From the NCBI GenBank assembly GCA_951406725.2, contig OX597817.1, positions 132,308,001 to 132,372,000 of the forward strand: a stretch of 64,000 nt of DNA, written 5' to 3'. Source of the DNA: Octopus vulgaris (Eukaryota). Within the stretch, counting starts at the first letter, position 1. Every line of letters begins with the position of its first letter. Below the pieces are notes generated by a model. The model was not told the origin of the DNA and did not search any database. It saw only the letters and a list, made by a program, of their open reading frames with translations. This document shows positions 1 to 13,508 of the stretch, one piece after another. Both the position numbers and the translations under genes were made by a program.

Positions 1-1214
1 GCATTGCATCGTTGCAAGGGCATTGAAAAGTATTAATGAAAGTCAGACGTGATAGTTAAGAAAAAGTTACGAAGCACTACCCTAGGAAATGGAATGCTTT
101 GGAATGCAACTCCTTTGATCAAAGATTTGCATGACAACACAAATAATTCAAAGCATTGGTAGATAAGACTCTAATCAAAAATATTTGATTTGGGGAAACG
201 TTTGTCGAATCACTTGTTATCGGTAATTACGAAATTGTTCACTAATTTCGGAAATATTTTGGGGTAAAATTATAACGTGAGTCAAACTATTGAAAAGGTT
301 ACAAGACGCAACGAAAATTTTAGAAAAATAAAGAAGGAAATGACTGGAAATTTTACCGGAGAGTGTGTTAAATTATAAGGCACTAAAAGGCACTCTCCCC
401 AGACACAACAGAATATGCTTCAACACACGAACTCATATAAAGAACCTTGCAAACCAAATCCAAAGCGAAATATAACGAAGAGTTTCTTGGTTTAAAAGCA
501 TTAACTTGAATGGAAATCCCTAAAGCGTATTGACGATTTAATAATCGACAGGATTAAAATGAACATTTATCATTTCTTTTAATCGTTATACTTGATTGTA
601 TTCTAAATAGATTTCTAATGACAATGTCAAGTAGTGTACTAAAAACGAATGGAAACTGAGATCCGGGTTCGTTTCTTGATTATAACCGTTTATAAAACTC
701 AAGAAGCACGTAAATGCGACACATGCATTTTCTATACTGAAATTAGTAAAGCTAATAGAATCAACCTTACAATTACGATATGATAAAATGAATGACAATT
801 TTTCTCTTCTGTATAATATAATACATTATAATATAATATCATATAATATTATATCATATAATATAATATAATATAATATAATATAATATAATATGATATA
901 ATATATAAATGTTAATCACACTTCAGAAGACTTTGGTTATCTAATACTTAGCTCGTTTTCAAAACATTGTGGTTAAGTGATAAGATCTAGATTTTAAAAA
1001 ACCGACTATAACAGGGAAGACTTTCTGAGGAGTCACATGGAATTACGCTTACAGACTAAATATACAAAAAGAGCCAATGACGCAGTCACCATTCTCAAAC
1101 AACTTTGTAAGATTAGGATAAGGTCTTTTACTCTTTTTTAATATCGTACTGTATTTCTCTCTCTATTTGTTTCCCTTTCCGTCTCTCTTTCTCTCTCTCT
1201 ATCTCACTCATGCA

Positions 1215-1279
<65 letters not shown>

Positions 1280-1344
1280 TGTTCATATACATTCCACTGG
1301 CCAGTATTTCATACCACATACACACATGCACAAACATATATATA

Positions 1345-1402
<58 letters not shown>

Positions 1403-1851
1403 TGAATGCTTGCAAGCACCCACATATTATACATATACATGCCTGTGTATATCTGTGTGTGTATGCATGTGTGGATTTAATTCACAGAGTATGAACTGCA
1501 ATACAGGATATAATATATCTTTATTCCATGATCCAGTGCGATAATCTGTTAGTGGAATAGGTCTTTGGTCAGTATGATAACCGTTAATACAAACACACAA
1601 CCATCTTTATAGACTTTAAAAGCTCTTCGAACCCAAACTGTTCATAAAATCATGAAATATCTCATACCTATAATAATACTAGGGTCTCAGATTCAATTCT
1701 ACTGGAGGTTTCTTTATCAGGGAAAATGAAAAGGAAATATTTAATGCCTTACGCAGTAAGCGCGTACAATGTATTTCAACGTTATATTTTCTTTTATTAA
1801 CGACCTGTTGATAACATCTAATCGCTTTTTCGTTTCACTTCTGTTTCATAG

Positions 1852-1968
1852 GTACGAGCCGTATTCAAAAATGAAAGGAAGAAGAAAAATCTCGCCATGC
1901 ATGGCTATGATTATTCTGACGAACAATCTCTGGACTCTCTTGAATCATACAGCGCCATTTTAGAAAAG
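1852..1968 (+). CDS. Host gene internal exon (117 nt, phase 0/0): VRAVFKNERKKKNLAMHGYDYSDEQSLDSLESYSAILEK; possibly the start of a GPCR cytoplasmic tail
   Basis: Polypyrimidine tract plus acceptor (ttcacttctgtttcatag|), donor AG|gtaaaa, stop-free 39 codons of non-repetitive sequence. VR..FK..RKK resembles helix 8 after TM7 of secretin/adhesion GPCRs (inference). Confidence 0.65.
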
Positions 1969-2400
1969 GTAAAAGGCTTATCTTTTGAATCCATTCTATT
2001 ACAGTTCATTCAGACCTAGAAAATATTTACTTCGGTGACTTTCTGTTTTTCATTTTTCATCCTTATCGGTGTTTCGTCGATAAGGTAACAGGATAACCAT
2101 CAACAGCCTTGTTAACTCACAAATGAAGAATATTTATCCACCAATGCGTACTCATTCTTACTATTCGATATTAGCGTGTCTGTATATATATATATATATA
2201 TATATATGTAGGTCCCGGGTTGATTCGGGGTTAACCACAGTAAGTAAGGTACTAATATAGCAGAGTAAAATTAATTTATTATATAGAAGGAGTTTAAGGA
2301 CTAGTACTGTTTCATTCCTGAAGATTTCTCTTGAATGAAACAGTACTAGTCCTGTATCCTTCTATATATAAATTAATATATATATATATATATATATATA

Positions 2401-2447
<47 letters not shown>

Positions 2448-3096
2448 ATATATTATAATATATGATATATATTACATTCACTCGATTTCGAACCCTTTTA
2501 CATATTGCATACATATGCCTGCAACAGGTTTCTTAGTCTTTCTATGAGAGGCCCTCAAACGACTGCTAAACCTGATTTCGATTTCCAAGTTTTTTTTTCT
2601 TTTTTTTCTGATAAGATATGCAGCACATAATTTGATCAAGAATCGGGCTATTAGCAACTGCGCAGTGGCATATTTGTCCCAAACAGAATTTCACACCAGC
2701 AGCAGATGGACACAGACAGCTTCGGACATAAAAACAGAAGTTCCGTTGGAGCTTCATGTATTTAAGCATCTCGAATTAATCTCTTCATATGCTATCTTTC
2801 CTTGTAAACGTCTTATAAAATAGCGCGATTCTCATGAATGCCTTGTGGTCCCAAACTTTTCAATATTTACATTGTGTCGCACACTCCATCGTCCTTTTTT
2901 TGTCTCAAGCATACTGCACTTAGTTCGTAATCTTTACACGTTTCTAATAACGTATCTAAATTCTTCGATTTTCTACATCTGTTTCTGATTTGATGTTCGT
3001 GCCTATAAAACTGCGGTTGTCAACCGCAGTTCCAGGGCTGCATGCGGCCCTCAAGCAGCCTTCCGGCAACCCCCGACCGTCTTTCTTCCATAAGTA

Positions 3097-4296
3097 CAGG
3101 TGTTGGACTAAATAATAGAAACACCATAAAATTTCAAACAAATTTATTTCAATACAGAGTAGAACCGCCTTTGGCAGTAATTACAGCTGGAATTCTACGT
3201 GGTATGAACTCGTACAAAGTTTTAATTGTTTCCAAAGGGATTTTTGTCCATTCTTCACCTAAACAGTCTCCAGTTCTTGTAGTGATGATAGTGGAGGATG
3301 TCGACTCTTTACTTGTTTTTCTGTTCCTCGTGCCATTCAGTAACAACTTTAGCTGCATGGAATAGTGAATTATCATCCTGAAAGATTGTGCTTCCCCCCG
3401 GAAACAGTCCTGCAAACATAGGATGAATTTGATCAGATAAAATGCTTAAATAGTCTTCACTATTAATTCTGCCATTAAGAGAAACCATTGGACCAGCGGA
3501 TTCCCATGATATAGCCCCCCAGATCATCACAGATCCTCGTCCATGTTTAACAGAGGGAAGAAGACAGTCTAGGATAAATGCTTCTTTTGGATCTCTCCAC
3601 ACGTATACTCGGCCGGTGGTCGGAAATAAGGTAAAGGATGGCTCGTCCGAGAAAATAACATTCTTCCACTGTTCTAATGAGCAATTCTGTAGGCTTTTAC
3701 TCCACTCTAAACGCTTTGCAACGTTTGTTTTTGAAAGTAGTGGTTTTCTGATTGCAGCTCTCTCGTAAAATCCGGCTTTGTGCAGCTTCCGGCGAACAGT
3801 TTTTGTGGAAACTAGGTTCTCGAGGTGGTCATTAAGCTCTGCAGTAATTTTGGAAACTGTACTTTTATGATCCTTTCTAAAAAGTCGAATAAAGAGTCCG
3901 GTGGTCCCTATCTGAAAGTTTTAATTTTCTTCCGGAGTGTTATTTCGATGAAGAGGTTTTTCCCTCTTTCTCAAAGGCTGTCATTACTTTCGAGGCCGTA
4001 CTTCTTGATACATCAAACATTTCAGCTGTTTTCGTTACGCTAGCGCCTGCCATACGAGCACCAATAATTTGACCACTTTGGAAGCCTGATAGATCTGTCA
4101 TTTTAATGAATTTAAATTACCTTTTTCTGATGATATCTGAAAAGAAACAGCAATTTTAGCGAAACATATTAAGCAAGTCTAATAATAAATAAAAAAAAAA
4201 CAACATAAAAATAAACAAGCTTTTGACGGTTTTATAGATATTTCAAAAATATGATGCTATGATGCTAAGTGTTTCCATTATTTTGTCTAACCTCTG
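3097..4296 (-). mobile_element. Full-length decayed Tc1-family DNA transposon
   Basis: Imperfect TIRs caggtgttggactaaataatagaaacac / cagaggttagacaaaataatggaaacac with TA on both sides (3095-96, 4297-98); internal transposase remnants. Confidence 0.92.
3149..4101 (-). pseudogene. Tc1-like DDE transposase pseudogene (frameshifted)
   Basis: MTDLSGFQSGQIIGARMAGASVTKTAEMF (HTH), VKHGRGSVMIWGAI, IFQDDN and IPRRIPAVITAKGG motifs in different frames. Confidence 0.9.
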
Positions 4297-5801
4297 TACA
4301 ACAAAGTTTTCTTTAACTAACTTGTACTTTACCTTTTTGGTGCTGCCCCACTAAAAAAATCCAGATTTTGGATCTGGCCTAAATACAAAAAAAGATTAAG
4401 AAACACTGGTATAAACCTTGTGGTTTTGTTTTATTTCTCTCTTTCAGAAAACCCTTCTCAATCGACTAAGATTCAATTCCTGTACGTTTTTATGACTGAA
4501 ACATTCAAATGATAATTCATTAAATTTTTGAGTTGGTGTTTATTTTATGTGCAATTCGTTAGATTCTGAAAAATATTCTAGATTTATTATTATTTTTTTT
4601 TTAAATATGAAGGGAAATTTCGAAAGAAAAAGTAGAGAGAGATCAATAACTCATTTTGATTCGAACAGCACAACCAATCAACACAGTGTTCGGATATCTT
4701 TATCACTCATTGTCTTTAGTTAAAATACAGCAAAACATAACGGATTCATGCAAATTTATTTTAGTTAACGAAAAAAGAAAAGAAAAAGAAAAGCTACCTT
4801 GTATAATTTCTAAAACCACAGATCAGAGAAATAAATAAATAACAGAAAAGAAAGACGTATAACTAAAAATGAAATAAATAAATGAAAATAAAATATAAAT
4901 GATTAATAAATAAATAAATATTTTCAATGCTTGAAACCACAATGGAGGCCGCTCAAATTTTGGAAGAATCGTTGCAGAAGTCTTGTTTCAATACAAACAC
5001 AAAGCCGTAATATGTGGAGTGCTTGTATGAAATATGTAATAGACGCATTTTAAATGTAAAAGCACGATTCGGCATCCCAGCATGCCATTCACCAACAATA
5101 TTTGCTACAAACAAATTTTTGATTTTTTTTTTGCCATAATTCTGTATATCCTTAATAACTAATAACTTATCGATTTCTCTATTTCTTGACAATAACTGCT
5201 GCCAACAGGATTTCAATAAGCAAAGAAGGGAATCTGAATGGAGATTTTTATTTGACTTCATTGTTCTTGTTGCTGCTGCTTCTCTGGATGTTTTTTTTTA
5301 GAAAACGTCCCGTATTAGGAGACTAGGGCGAAGACGTTGAAATTATTGTTTAGGCTGGCGGTGATGATGGGGGCGATACTGGTGGTGGCAATTGGGATGG
5401 CGACCACGACCACACGATGACTATGATGATGATGATGATGATGGCTGTGGCGGTAGTGGTAGTGTTGGTTGTAGTAGTGGATATGGTGATGGTGGGTGTG
5501 ATAATAACTAGATGATGATGCTGAAGATAATGGTGATGATGATAATGGTGGTGGTGGTGGTGGTTGAAACAATTACAGTGGTGGTGACGATGGGTGCGGT
5601 GGCTACGGTAATGATGATGATGATGATGGTGGTAGTAGTGGTAGTGGTGGTGGTGGTAGTGGTGGTGGTGGCGATATTAAACTTCATTCCGTGAATGATT
5701 CAAACGTTACAATATTTCATTTATTTAGAAATATTTTCGAGAAACAAAAACAAAACGAAACACAAAAAAGAAAATGAAAGAAAAAGTAATCGCAAAATAA
5801 A

Positions 5802-5895
<94 letters not shown>

Positions 5896-6889
5896 CAACA
5901 ACAACAACAATAAATAAAGCCAAGCATTTTCGATATAGTGGTGATAACAACAATAAAAATGATAAAGCAAAACAATAAAAGAAAATAATGAACAAACTAA
6001 AAAGAATCAACATTAACGACACATGCGCGCATGCACGTACTCGCACAAACACACACACAAACACACGAACACACACACAAACGCACGGACACACACACAC
6101 AGACACAAACACAAACACATATACACACACACACACTGAGTCTTTCTTTTTATATTTTTCTGAGTGACTTCATCGTGTCAATAAGACGTTGATGGTTGGT
6201 TCCGTGAGGAGGCAAAAAGACAGCGAAATTATATCGTTTTGGAGACAATAAACCTTGCAAAGAGCATCAAAGAGCACCAACCGCCATTTCTCTGTCCCTG
6301 TCTGTCTTTTTCTCTGTCCCTTCCCCCCTCTCACTCTGATTATCTATTCCTTGCACTCCCTTCGTTTCTCTCTCTTTCTTTGGCTTTCTCATCTTCTCTT
6401 AATCTCTCTTTCTCTCTCTCCCCCTCTCTCTCCCGCCCTCTCTTTCTATCTCTTCTCAACGATATGTTTGTTATTAGTAAATACTTTGTTTCTTAACCAC
6501 AAACTATATCGACCCCCCACCCTGTTTTATATTACACCACACCAATGGCGATGAGCTGGCGGAGTCGCTATCGCGCCGGAGAAAATGTTTAACGGCATTA
6601 CTCGCAGTTCTTTACGTTCATGCCTTTGTATTTCATTCTTTCTGGGGTCAATAAAATAAGTACCAATCGAATATTTGAGGTCTATGTAATCGACTGCTCA
6701 CACACAAACGCACACACAAAAAAACACACACACACGGACACGAACACACACATAGGTATACACTAATGAAATTGATGGATATCTGCGAAATTCGCGAAAC
6801 TAGAGGTCCCCAAACCTCACATCATACAAAGAGTGCTTTTGAAATTACTCGAACTGTTAGAAAGCCCAGCTAAATCTCCCCCATCCACC

Positions 6890-7083
<194 letters not shown>

Positions 7084-7194
7084 GTATTTATCCATCTCTT
7101 TCTCTCTCTCTCTCTGTATGTATATATAAATATATACTACCACGCTTTTTGATGGAATCCTTTTCTGTAGAGAAAGGACTGCATCCTATATTAT

Positions 7195-7272
<78 letters not shown>

Positions 7273-7273
7273 A

Positions 7274-7402
<129 letters not shown>

Positions 7403-7409
7403 ATATATA

Positions 7410-8200
7410 TAAATCCGGATTCCCGTTTGCGCCGTGAACGAATTAATCTTCTCTCTCGCTCTTATACGCCATTTGGTCTCATCTCCCCCTCCTCATCTAA
7501 CCCCCTCTCCCCTCCTCATATCCTTTCTCCCCCGACCCCTACTTCTTCAGTCCTTCATCCTTTCACCCCTACTCCCCTTCCCTTCTTCCCTTTCCTCCCT
7601 CTCCTTCCCTCTGCTCCCTCACTCCTCTCCCCTTCTCTCCCCCTCTTTCCTCCTTCATCCCCCATCCCCTTCCTTCTCCCCATCCTCTCCTCTCCCCTTC
7701 TTCCCTCCTCCTCTCCCCCTCTTCTCCCCTCCCCTCTTCTCCTCACTATGACTATCACATCATATGATGTGCCATATATATATATATATATATATACTAG
7801 TATATATATACACCAACCCTATATATATATATATATACATATATATACATACTAATATATATATACACCAACCCATATATATATATATATCTCTCATACA
7901 CACACACACACACACACACCTATATATATATATATATACACACATCCAGACCCCTCACGCACTTTTAGCTGGTCCCTCAACCCATTATCAACCCTATTAT
8001 CTCCTATATATATATATATTCGTTAGCTACTACGCATTTTTTCTCTCCTTCTTTCTGTGTTTTCTCTCTGTGTATCTTTCTGTTGAAGAGCGTATAAACG
8101 TTAAAGACTTGTTTATTTATATAGCGCCATACTAATACAATTGTTCGTTTGTTTTCCACCTGCCTTCGTCTTTTGTTTATTTTCATAAAGCTTCCCGTTA
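7410..8200 (+). mobile_element. 3' end of a Penelope-like element (endonuclease C-terminal tip, pyrimidine-rich UTR, family A pLTR)
   Basis: [23 protein letters not shown] resembles the RLRRE..LI..L....P.GLN end of PLE GIY-YIG domains; followed by a pLTR with a partially deleted HHR motif (about 8074-8108); flanked by (TA)n. Confidence 0.6.
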
Positions 8201-8219
8201 TATATACATACATATATAT

Positions 8220-8388
8220 AAGGGGGTGCAAAAGTAGGTATACAGTGAGTATCACATCAATGTTATAGTATTTAGTTCATTAAAATTATTAGCACATTAA
8301 ATTAGTCAGCCTCATTTTTGTTATTTTTGGTGTCATTAATGGTAATAATACATTTATCATAACTGCAAACCCACCTTTGCACCAGCCT
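8220..8388. mobile_element. Tc1/mariner-type MITE
   Basis: Imperfect TIRs agggggtgcaaaagtaggtatacag / ctgcaaacccacctttgcaccagcctg. Confidence 0.5.
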
Positions 8389-8607
8389 GTGTGGGGATTT
8401 TTCCTTGTGTTATTTGTCCTGTACTCTATTTTTTCGTTGTTTAAGAAAAATGTCCAGTTCCTTGGTTTTGTGTTTATGTTTTCGTTTCTCATTGTGTTTC
8501 GACGTTTTTTTTGTGTCCTGTACCCATATATGCATGTATATATACATGTAGATGTAGGTACGTACATATATGTATGTATATATGCATATGTTTTATTTAT
8601 TAATTTG

Positions 8608-8646
<39 letters not shown>

Positions 8647-8650
<4 letters not shown>

Positions 8651-8830
8651 AGATCGCTAGCCACTATACCTTTTTCTATTTTCTCTCCCTGTTTCTTTCT
8701 GTTTCCTTTCTGTTGAAGAGCGTAGGCTCGAAACGTAAAACACTTTCTCACTTCCCGTGCGTTAAACTAATACATCTGTGTGTTGTTTACACACCCGTCT
8801 TCGTTTTGTTTTTTGTAAATTCTCACTACA
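8647..8830 (+). mobile_element. Solo PLE pseudo-LTR, family A, with HHR-like motif (core at 8710)
   Basis: ctttCTGTTGAAgagcgtaggctcGAAACGTAaaa; same family as 10020-10405, 41390-41550 and 60052-60238; TA-flanked. Confidence 0.75.
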
Positions 8831-9033
8831 TATATATGTGTATGTGTGTGTGTGTACATATGCCGGAGTATGCACATAAATGTGAAACTAGGTGGAGAAA
8901 AGTGTACTCGAATACCAGAAGTAGAGTAATATGCCTTACTTAAAAGCAGTTTTGTTAACAAAACTGTTCGACGAGCGGAAACGTGAAACTCTGAGTGACA
9001 GCTTTTGTTATATTTCTGCTGCTTTTAAATAAA

Positions 9034-9082
<49 letters not shown>

Positions 9083-9363
9083 TCAACACCACTACTCCCA
9101 CCACCACCTCCGACAAAACACCACCACCAATCATCAGCATCACAAAAAGCACACAACAACAGCAAAAAACAATAACATCAGAGCGAGGAAAAAAATAATT
9201 GCTTTCTAATAAATAGCGTTCTAATTCTAAGCGAAACAGAATATATGGCGTTTATGCATTTCCTAAAGCTATTACACACAAACCTGGATACATACATTCA
9301 TTAGCACATACATATATCTACATCTGTATGTATGTGTGTGTATTTGTGCGTGTGTGTGTGTGT

Positions 9364-9533
9364 GAGCGCAAGCATGACTGTGTGGTAAGAAGTCTGTTTC
9401 CCAGCCACATGGTTCCAAGTTCAGTTCCACTATGTGGCGCCTTGGGCAAGTGTCTTTTGCTATAGCCTCTGTCCGACCAAAGCCTTGTGAATGGATTTGG
9501 TAGGTTGAAGCTGAAAGAAACCTGTACTATATA

Positions 9534-9581
<48 letters not shown>

Positions 9582-9860
9582 TACATATACATATATATAT
9601 AGACGCACACTCACACATACATACACGCACACATGTCTATATGTATGTGGAAGTGTATCCCTGTGTCTGTGTTTGTCCCCTACCAGCAATTGACAACCGG
9701 TGTTGATGTGTTTACGTCCTCATACTTTAGTGTTTCGGCTAAACGGGACCGATGAAATAAGTACGAGGCTTTAAATAAAATAAATACTAGGGCCGATTCG
9801 TTCGACTAAAATTCTTCAAGGCAGTGCCCCAGGATGGCCGCAGTCTAATCACCGGAGCAT
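9364..9860 (+). mobile_element. tRNA-derived CORE-type SINE, family 1 (octopus OR-like), with internal microsatellite
   Basis: tRNA-like head, ggcgccttgggcaagtgtctt CORE-like segment; same as the other family 1 copies. Confidence 0.85.
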
Positions 9861-10019
9861 GATTTATATATCTCTCTATATATATATATATGTGTATGTG
9901 TCTTAACAAACAATTAAAGATGGAGAAGAAAATGTGTTAAAAATTTAACAAGAATTTAATCTTTTAACACTTTTTCTTCCCTATCTTTAAAAAGAATTTA
10001 ACACACCTTATATTTATTG

Positions 10020-10405
10020 AGAGTTTACAAGAAAGAAAAAGAAAAGAAAAAGACGAAGACGGGTGTGTAAACAACAAAGAGATGTGTTAGTTTAACGTTC
10101 GGGAAGTGAGAAAGTCTTTTCCGTTTCGCGCCTACGCTCTTCAACAGAAGGGAAAGCAGAAAGAAACAGGGAGAGAATATAGAAAAAGGTATAGTGGCTA
10201 GCGATCGATCATTGCGACTCCTTTTTCTCTCTCCTTCTTTTCTCTCCTTGTTTCTCTCCTTATTTTTTTCTGTGTCCCTTTCTGTAGAAGAGCGTAGGCT
10301 CGAAACATAAAAGACTTTTTCTATTCCTGAGCGTTATACTAATACATCTGTTTGTTTTGTACACCACCTGTCTTCGTCTTTTGTTTTTTTCGTAAACTCT
10401 CCCTA
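10020..10405. mobile_element. Head-to-head inverted pair of family A PLE pLTRs
   Basis: 10020-10215 is the reverse complement of the family A pLTR and 10220-10405 is a + strand copy; HHR-like motifs at about 10113-10152 (-) and 10277-10315 (+). Confidence 0.75.
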
Positions 10406-10415
10406 TATATATATA

Positions 10416-11277
10416 TACTCTTTTACTTGTTTCAGTCATTTGACTGCGTCCATGCTGGAGCACCGCCTTTAGTCAAGCAAATCGACCCCGGGACTTATTC
10501 TTTGTAAGCCCAGTACTTATTCTATCGGTCTCTTTTGCCGAACCGCTAGATTACGGGGACGTAAACACACCATCATCGGTTGTCAAGCAATGCTAGGGGG
10601 ACAAACACAGACAAACAAACACATACACACATACATACACACATACATACACACGCACATACGCACATACACATATACATACACACATGTACACACACAC
10701 ATACATACACACATACATACATACATACACACCCACATACACACATACACGTATGCACACATACATACATACATACACACACACATATACGCATGCACAC
10801 ATACATACATACACACACACATACATATATACACACACACACGTACACACACACATACTACAAACAAAACACACACACGATACATATACATATACATACA
10901 CACACATACCTCTTTGTTTTTGACCTGCGATTGGACCCACAACACCACTCCTTAATTCTTACTACTAGCCTGCTACCCAGTTGTTCGCCATACACACACA
11001 CACACGCACACACACACTTGTCATCATCGCATACTTTCTTTACCATACTGTCTTTGATATAGCTCTCCTGTCTCTTGAAAAACTTTATTCTTCTACTTTT
11101 ACCACTTCCGTCTTTTAGTATGTGACCTCGTCTGTATCACTAGCGATTTTTTCCCCTGTCTTCCCTTCTCGGGATCTTTCCTTCTCCTATGTTTCCGACG
11201 AAGAGCGTCCTGAGCGTCCAACAATACTTTATTTGTTCCACGTCCTTGCGTTGTTGTTTTTGTTTTCTTGTTTGGAT

Positions 11278-11343
<66 letters not shown>

Positions 11344-11498
11344 TACGACAGGCTTCCTTCAGTTTCCGTCTACCAAATCCACTCAAGGCATTGGTCGGCC
11401 CGGGGCTATAGCAGAAGACACTTGGCCAAGATGCCACGCAGTGGGACTGAACCATGTGGTTGGTTAGCAAGCTACTTACCACACAGCCACTCCTGCGC
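10416..11498 (-). mobile_element. SINE family 1 split by a PLE 3' fragment (about 10900-11281, +) inserted in its internal microsatellite
   Basis: SINE 3' half at 10416-10620 and 5' half at 11342-11498, with a family B pLTR plus (TA)n between them. Confidence 0.8.
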
Positions 11499-11522
11499 TA
11501 ACCAACCAATATATATATTACT

Positions 11523-11929
11523 ACTCTTTTACTCTTTTACTTGTTTCAGCCATTTGACTGCGGCCATGCTGGAGCACCGCCTTTAGTCGAGCAAATAGAC
11601 CCCGGGACTTATTCTTTGTAAGCCCAGTACTTATTCTATCGGTCTCTTTTGCCGAACCGCTACGTGACAGGGATGTAAACACACCAGCATCGGTTGTCAA
11701 GCAATGCTAGGGGGACAAACACACACACACACACACACACAAATATATATATATATATATATATACATATATACGACAGGCTTCTTTCAGATGCCGTCTA
11801 CCAAATCCACTCACAAGGCATTGGTCGGCCCGGGGCTATAGCAGAAGACACTTACCTAAGATGCCACGCAGTGGGACTGAACCCGGAACCATATGGCTGG
11901 TTGGTAAGCTACTTACCACACAACCACTT
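11523..11929 (-). mobile_element. SINE family 1
   Basis: Near-complete match to 41976-42377. Confidence 0.9.
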
Positions 11930-12226
11930 CTACCGACACATACAAACACACACACACACCTAACTCATGCGCATACTACGGACAATTAATTCTGCTGGAA
12001 GACACTTTTTGAAGCTTTAAAAATAACAATTACGTTTTCTGCGCTACTTATTACCGAAACTTCGAAGTTACTGTCAACCTTGTAAGATTTAAGAGATACG
12101 CAATCTACCAACAAGTATTGAGTACTTCTTAGTTTATTGCTAACACGATTTAATCAAATATACGCACGTATAAATCATGAAGCGTATGATCAATAGCAAG
12201 ACTTTTAAGGTTGGTTTCGATGACGT

Positions 12227-12544
12227 TAGTGATTCCCAACCATTTTCAGGCTGCCGCTGCCCCCTATCGCCGAGGCCACATTTGTGGCGCCCCCACCCCA
12301 ACTAACCATCATAAACATAGACCTATTTCTGAAGCAAAACCAAAGGAACTATATTTCATAAATAAGACTTAACTTCACGAACCCATTATTTTGTTGTTTT
12401 TACATGAATCGGTACTCCATTATTGCCCCACTTTTTACATAAATCACTACCCCGTTATCACCTCCACTTTTCTTCAACCGCCCTTGGAACTTTCCATCAC
12501 CTCCAGTGGGGCGGGGGCACTACTGCACACTTTGGGAACCAGTG
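12227..12544. mobile_element. hAT (Charlie-like) MITE
   Basis: TIRs tagtgattcccaa / ttgggaaccagtg; flanking 8-mers gatgacgt / gtttacgt look like a decayed TSD. Confidence 0.65.
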
Positions 12545-13030
12545 GTTTACGTGATCGAGATCACAATATTCTCCTTGAACGGGACACCAGACCGTTGCAG
12601 GGTTCCTCGTTCACAGCTGAGTTCTACTGAAGTCGTGCAAAGTGAATTGTTTTGTTCAAGGGCCAAACTCACCGCTATGTCCGGGAATAGAAATTGCAAT
12701 TTCGCGATCGTGAATGCAATACCCTAAGCGCTAAATCATGCTTTTCACCTTCCATACGTCAATGTTTGAGTTAAGTATGCAGCAGTATAACGTACCTGAA
12801 TGCGCAATAGAAACTAGGAAAGTTCTGTTTTCTAACATTCGATCATTATTTAGCAAATTTAAAGGAGGCGAACACCCAGAATCGGTAGCGGTATTTCGTC
12901 CGTCTTTAATGGCATTTCGTCCGAGGTTGACTTTACCTTTCATCCTTTTGGGGGTCGATAAATAAGTACCAGTCAAGTATCGTCCCGTTCCCAAAAAGGT
13001 TTCAGACCTTGTGCCTATAATAGAAAGGCT

Positions 13031-13233
13031 TACTCTTTTACTTGTTTCAGTCATTTGACAGTGGCCATGCTGGGGCACCGCCTTTAGTCGTGTAAATCAA
13101 CCCTAGGACTTATTCTTTGTAAGCTTAGTACTTAGTCTATTGGTCTCATTTGCCGAACCGCTAAGTTATGGGGACGTAAACACACCAGCATCGGTTGTCA
13201 AGCGATGTTTGGGGGACAAACATATACACACAC

Positions 13234-13294
<61 letters not shown>

Positions 13295-13316
13295 CATACA
13301 TACATACATACATACA

Positions 13317-13347
<31 letters not shown>

Positions 13348-13508
13348 GACGGGCTTCTTTCAGTTTCCGTCTACTAAGTCCACTCACAAGGCTTTGGTCG
13401 GTCCGAGGCTATAGCAGATGACACTTTCCCAAGGTGCCACGCAGTGGGACTGAACCCGGAACCCTGTGGTTCGTAAGCAAGCTACTTACCACACAGCCAC
13501 TCCTACGG
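13031..13508 (-). mobile_element. SINE family 1
   Basis: Full head-to-tail match including the gagtaaaagag tail. Confidence 0.9.

Larger units (their letters stand above)
2844..4408. mobile_element. Possible hAT-like MITE into which the Tc1 is nested
   Basis: Ends tgtggtcccaaactttt and aaaagattaagaaacactg resemble degenerate CAGTGGTTCCCAAAC-type TIRs. Confidence 0.35.

Noticed and set aside
1-600. Possible transposase fragment
   Set aside because: No recognisable motif in the three + strand frames read.
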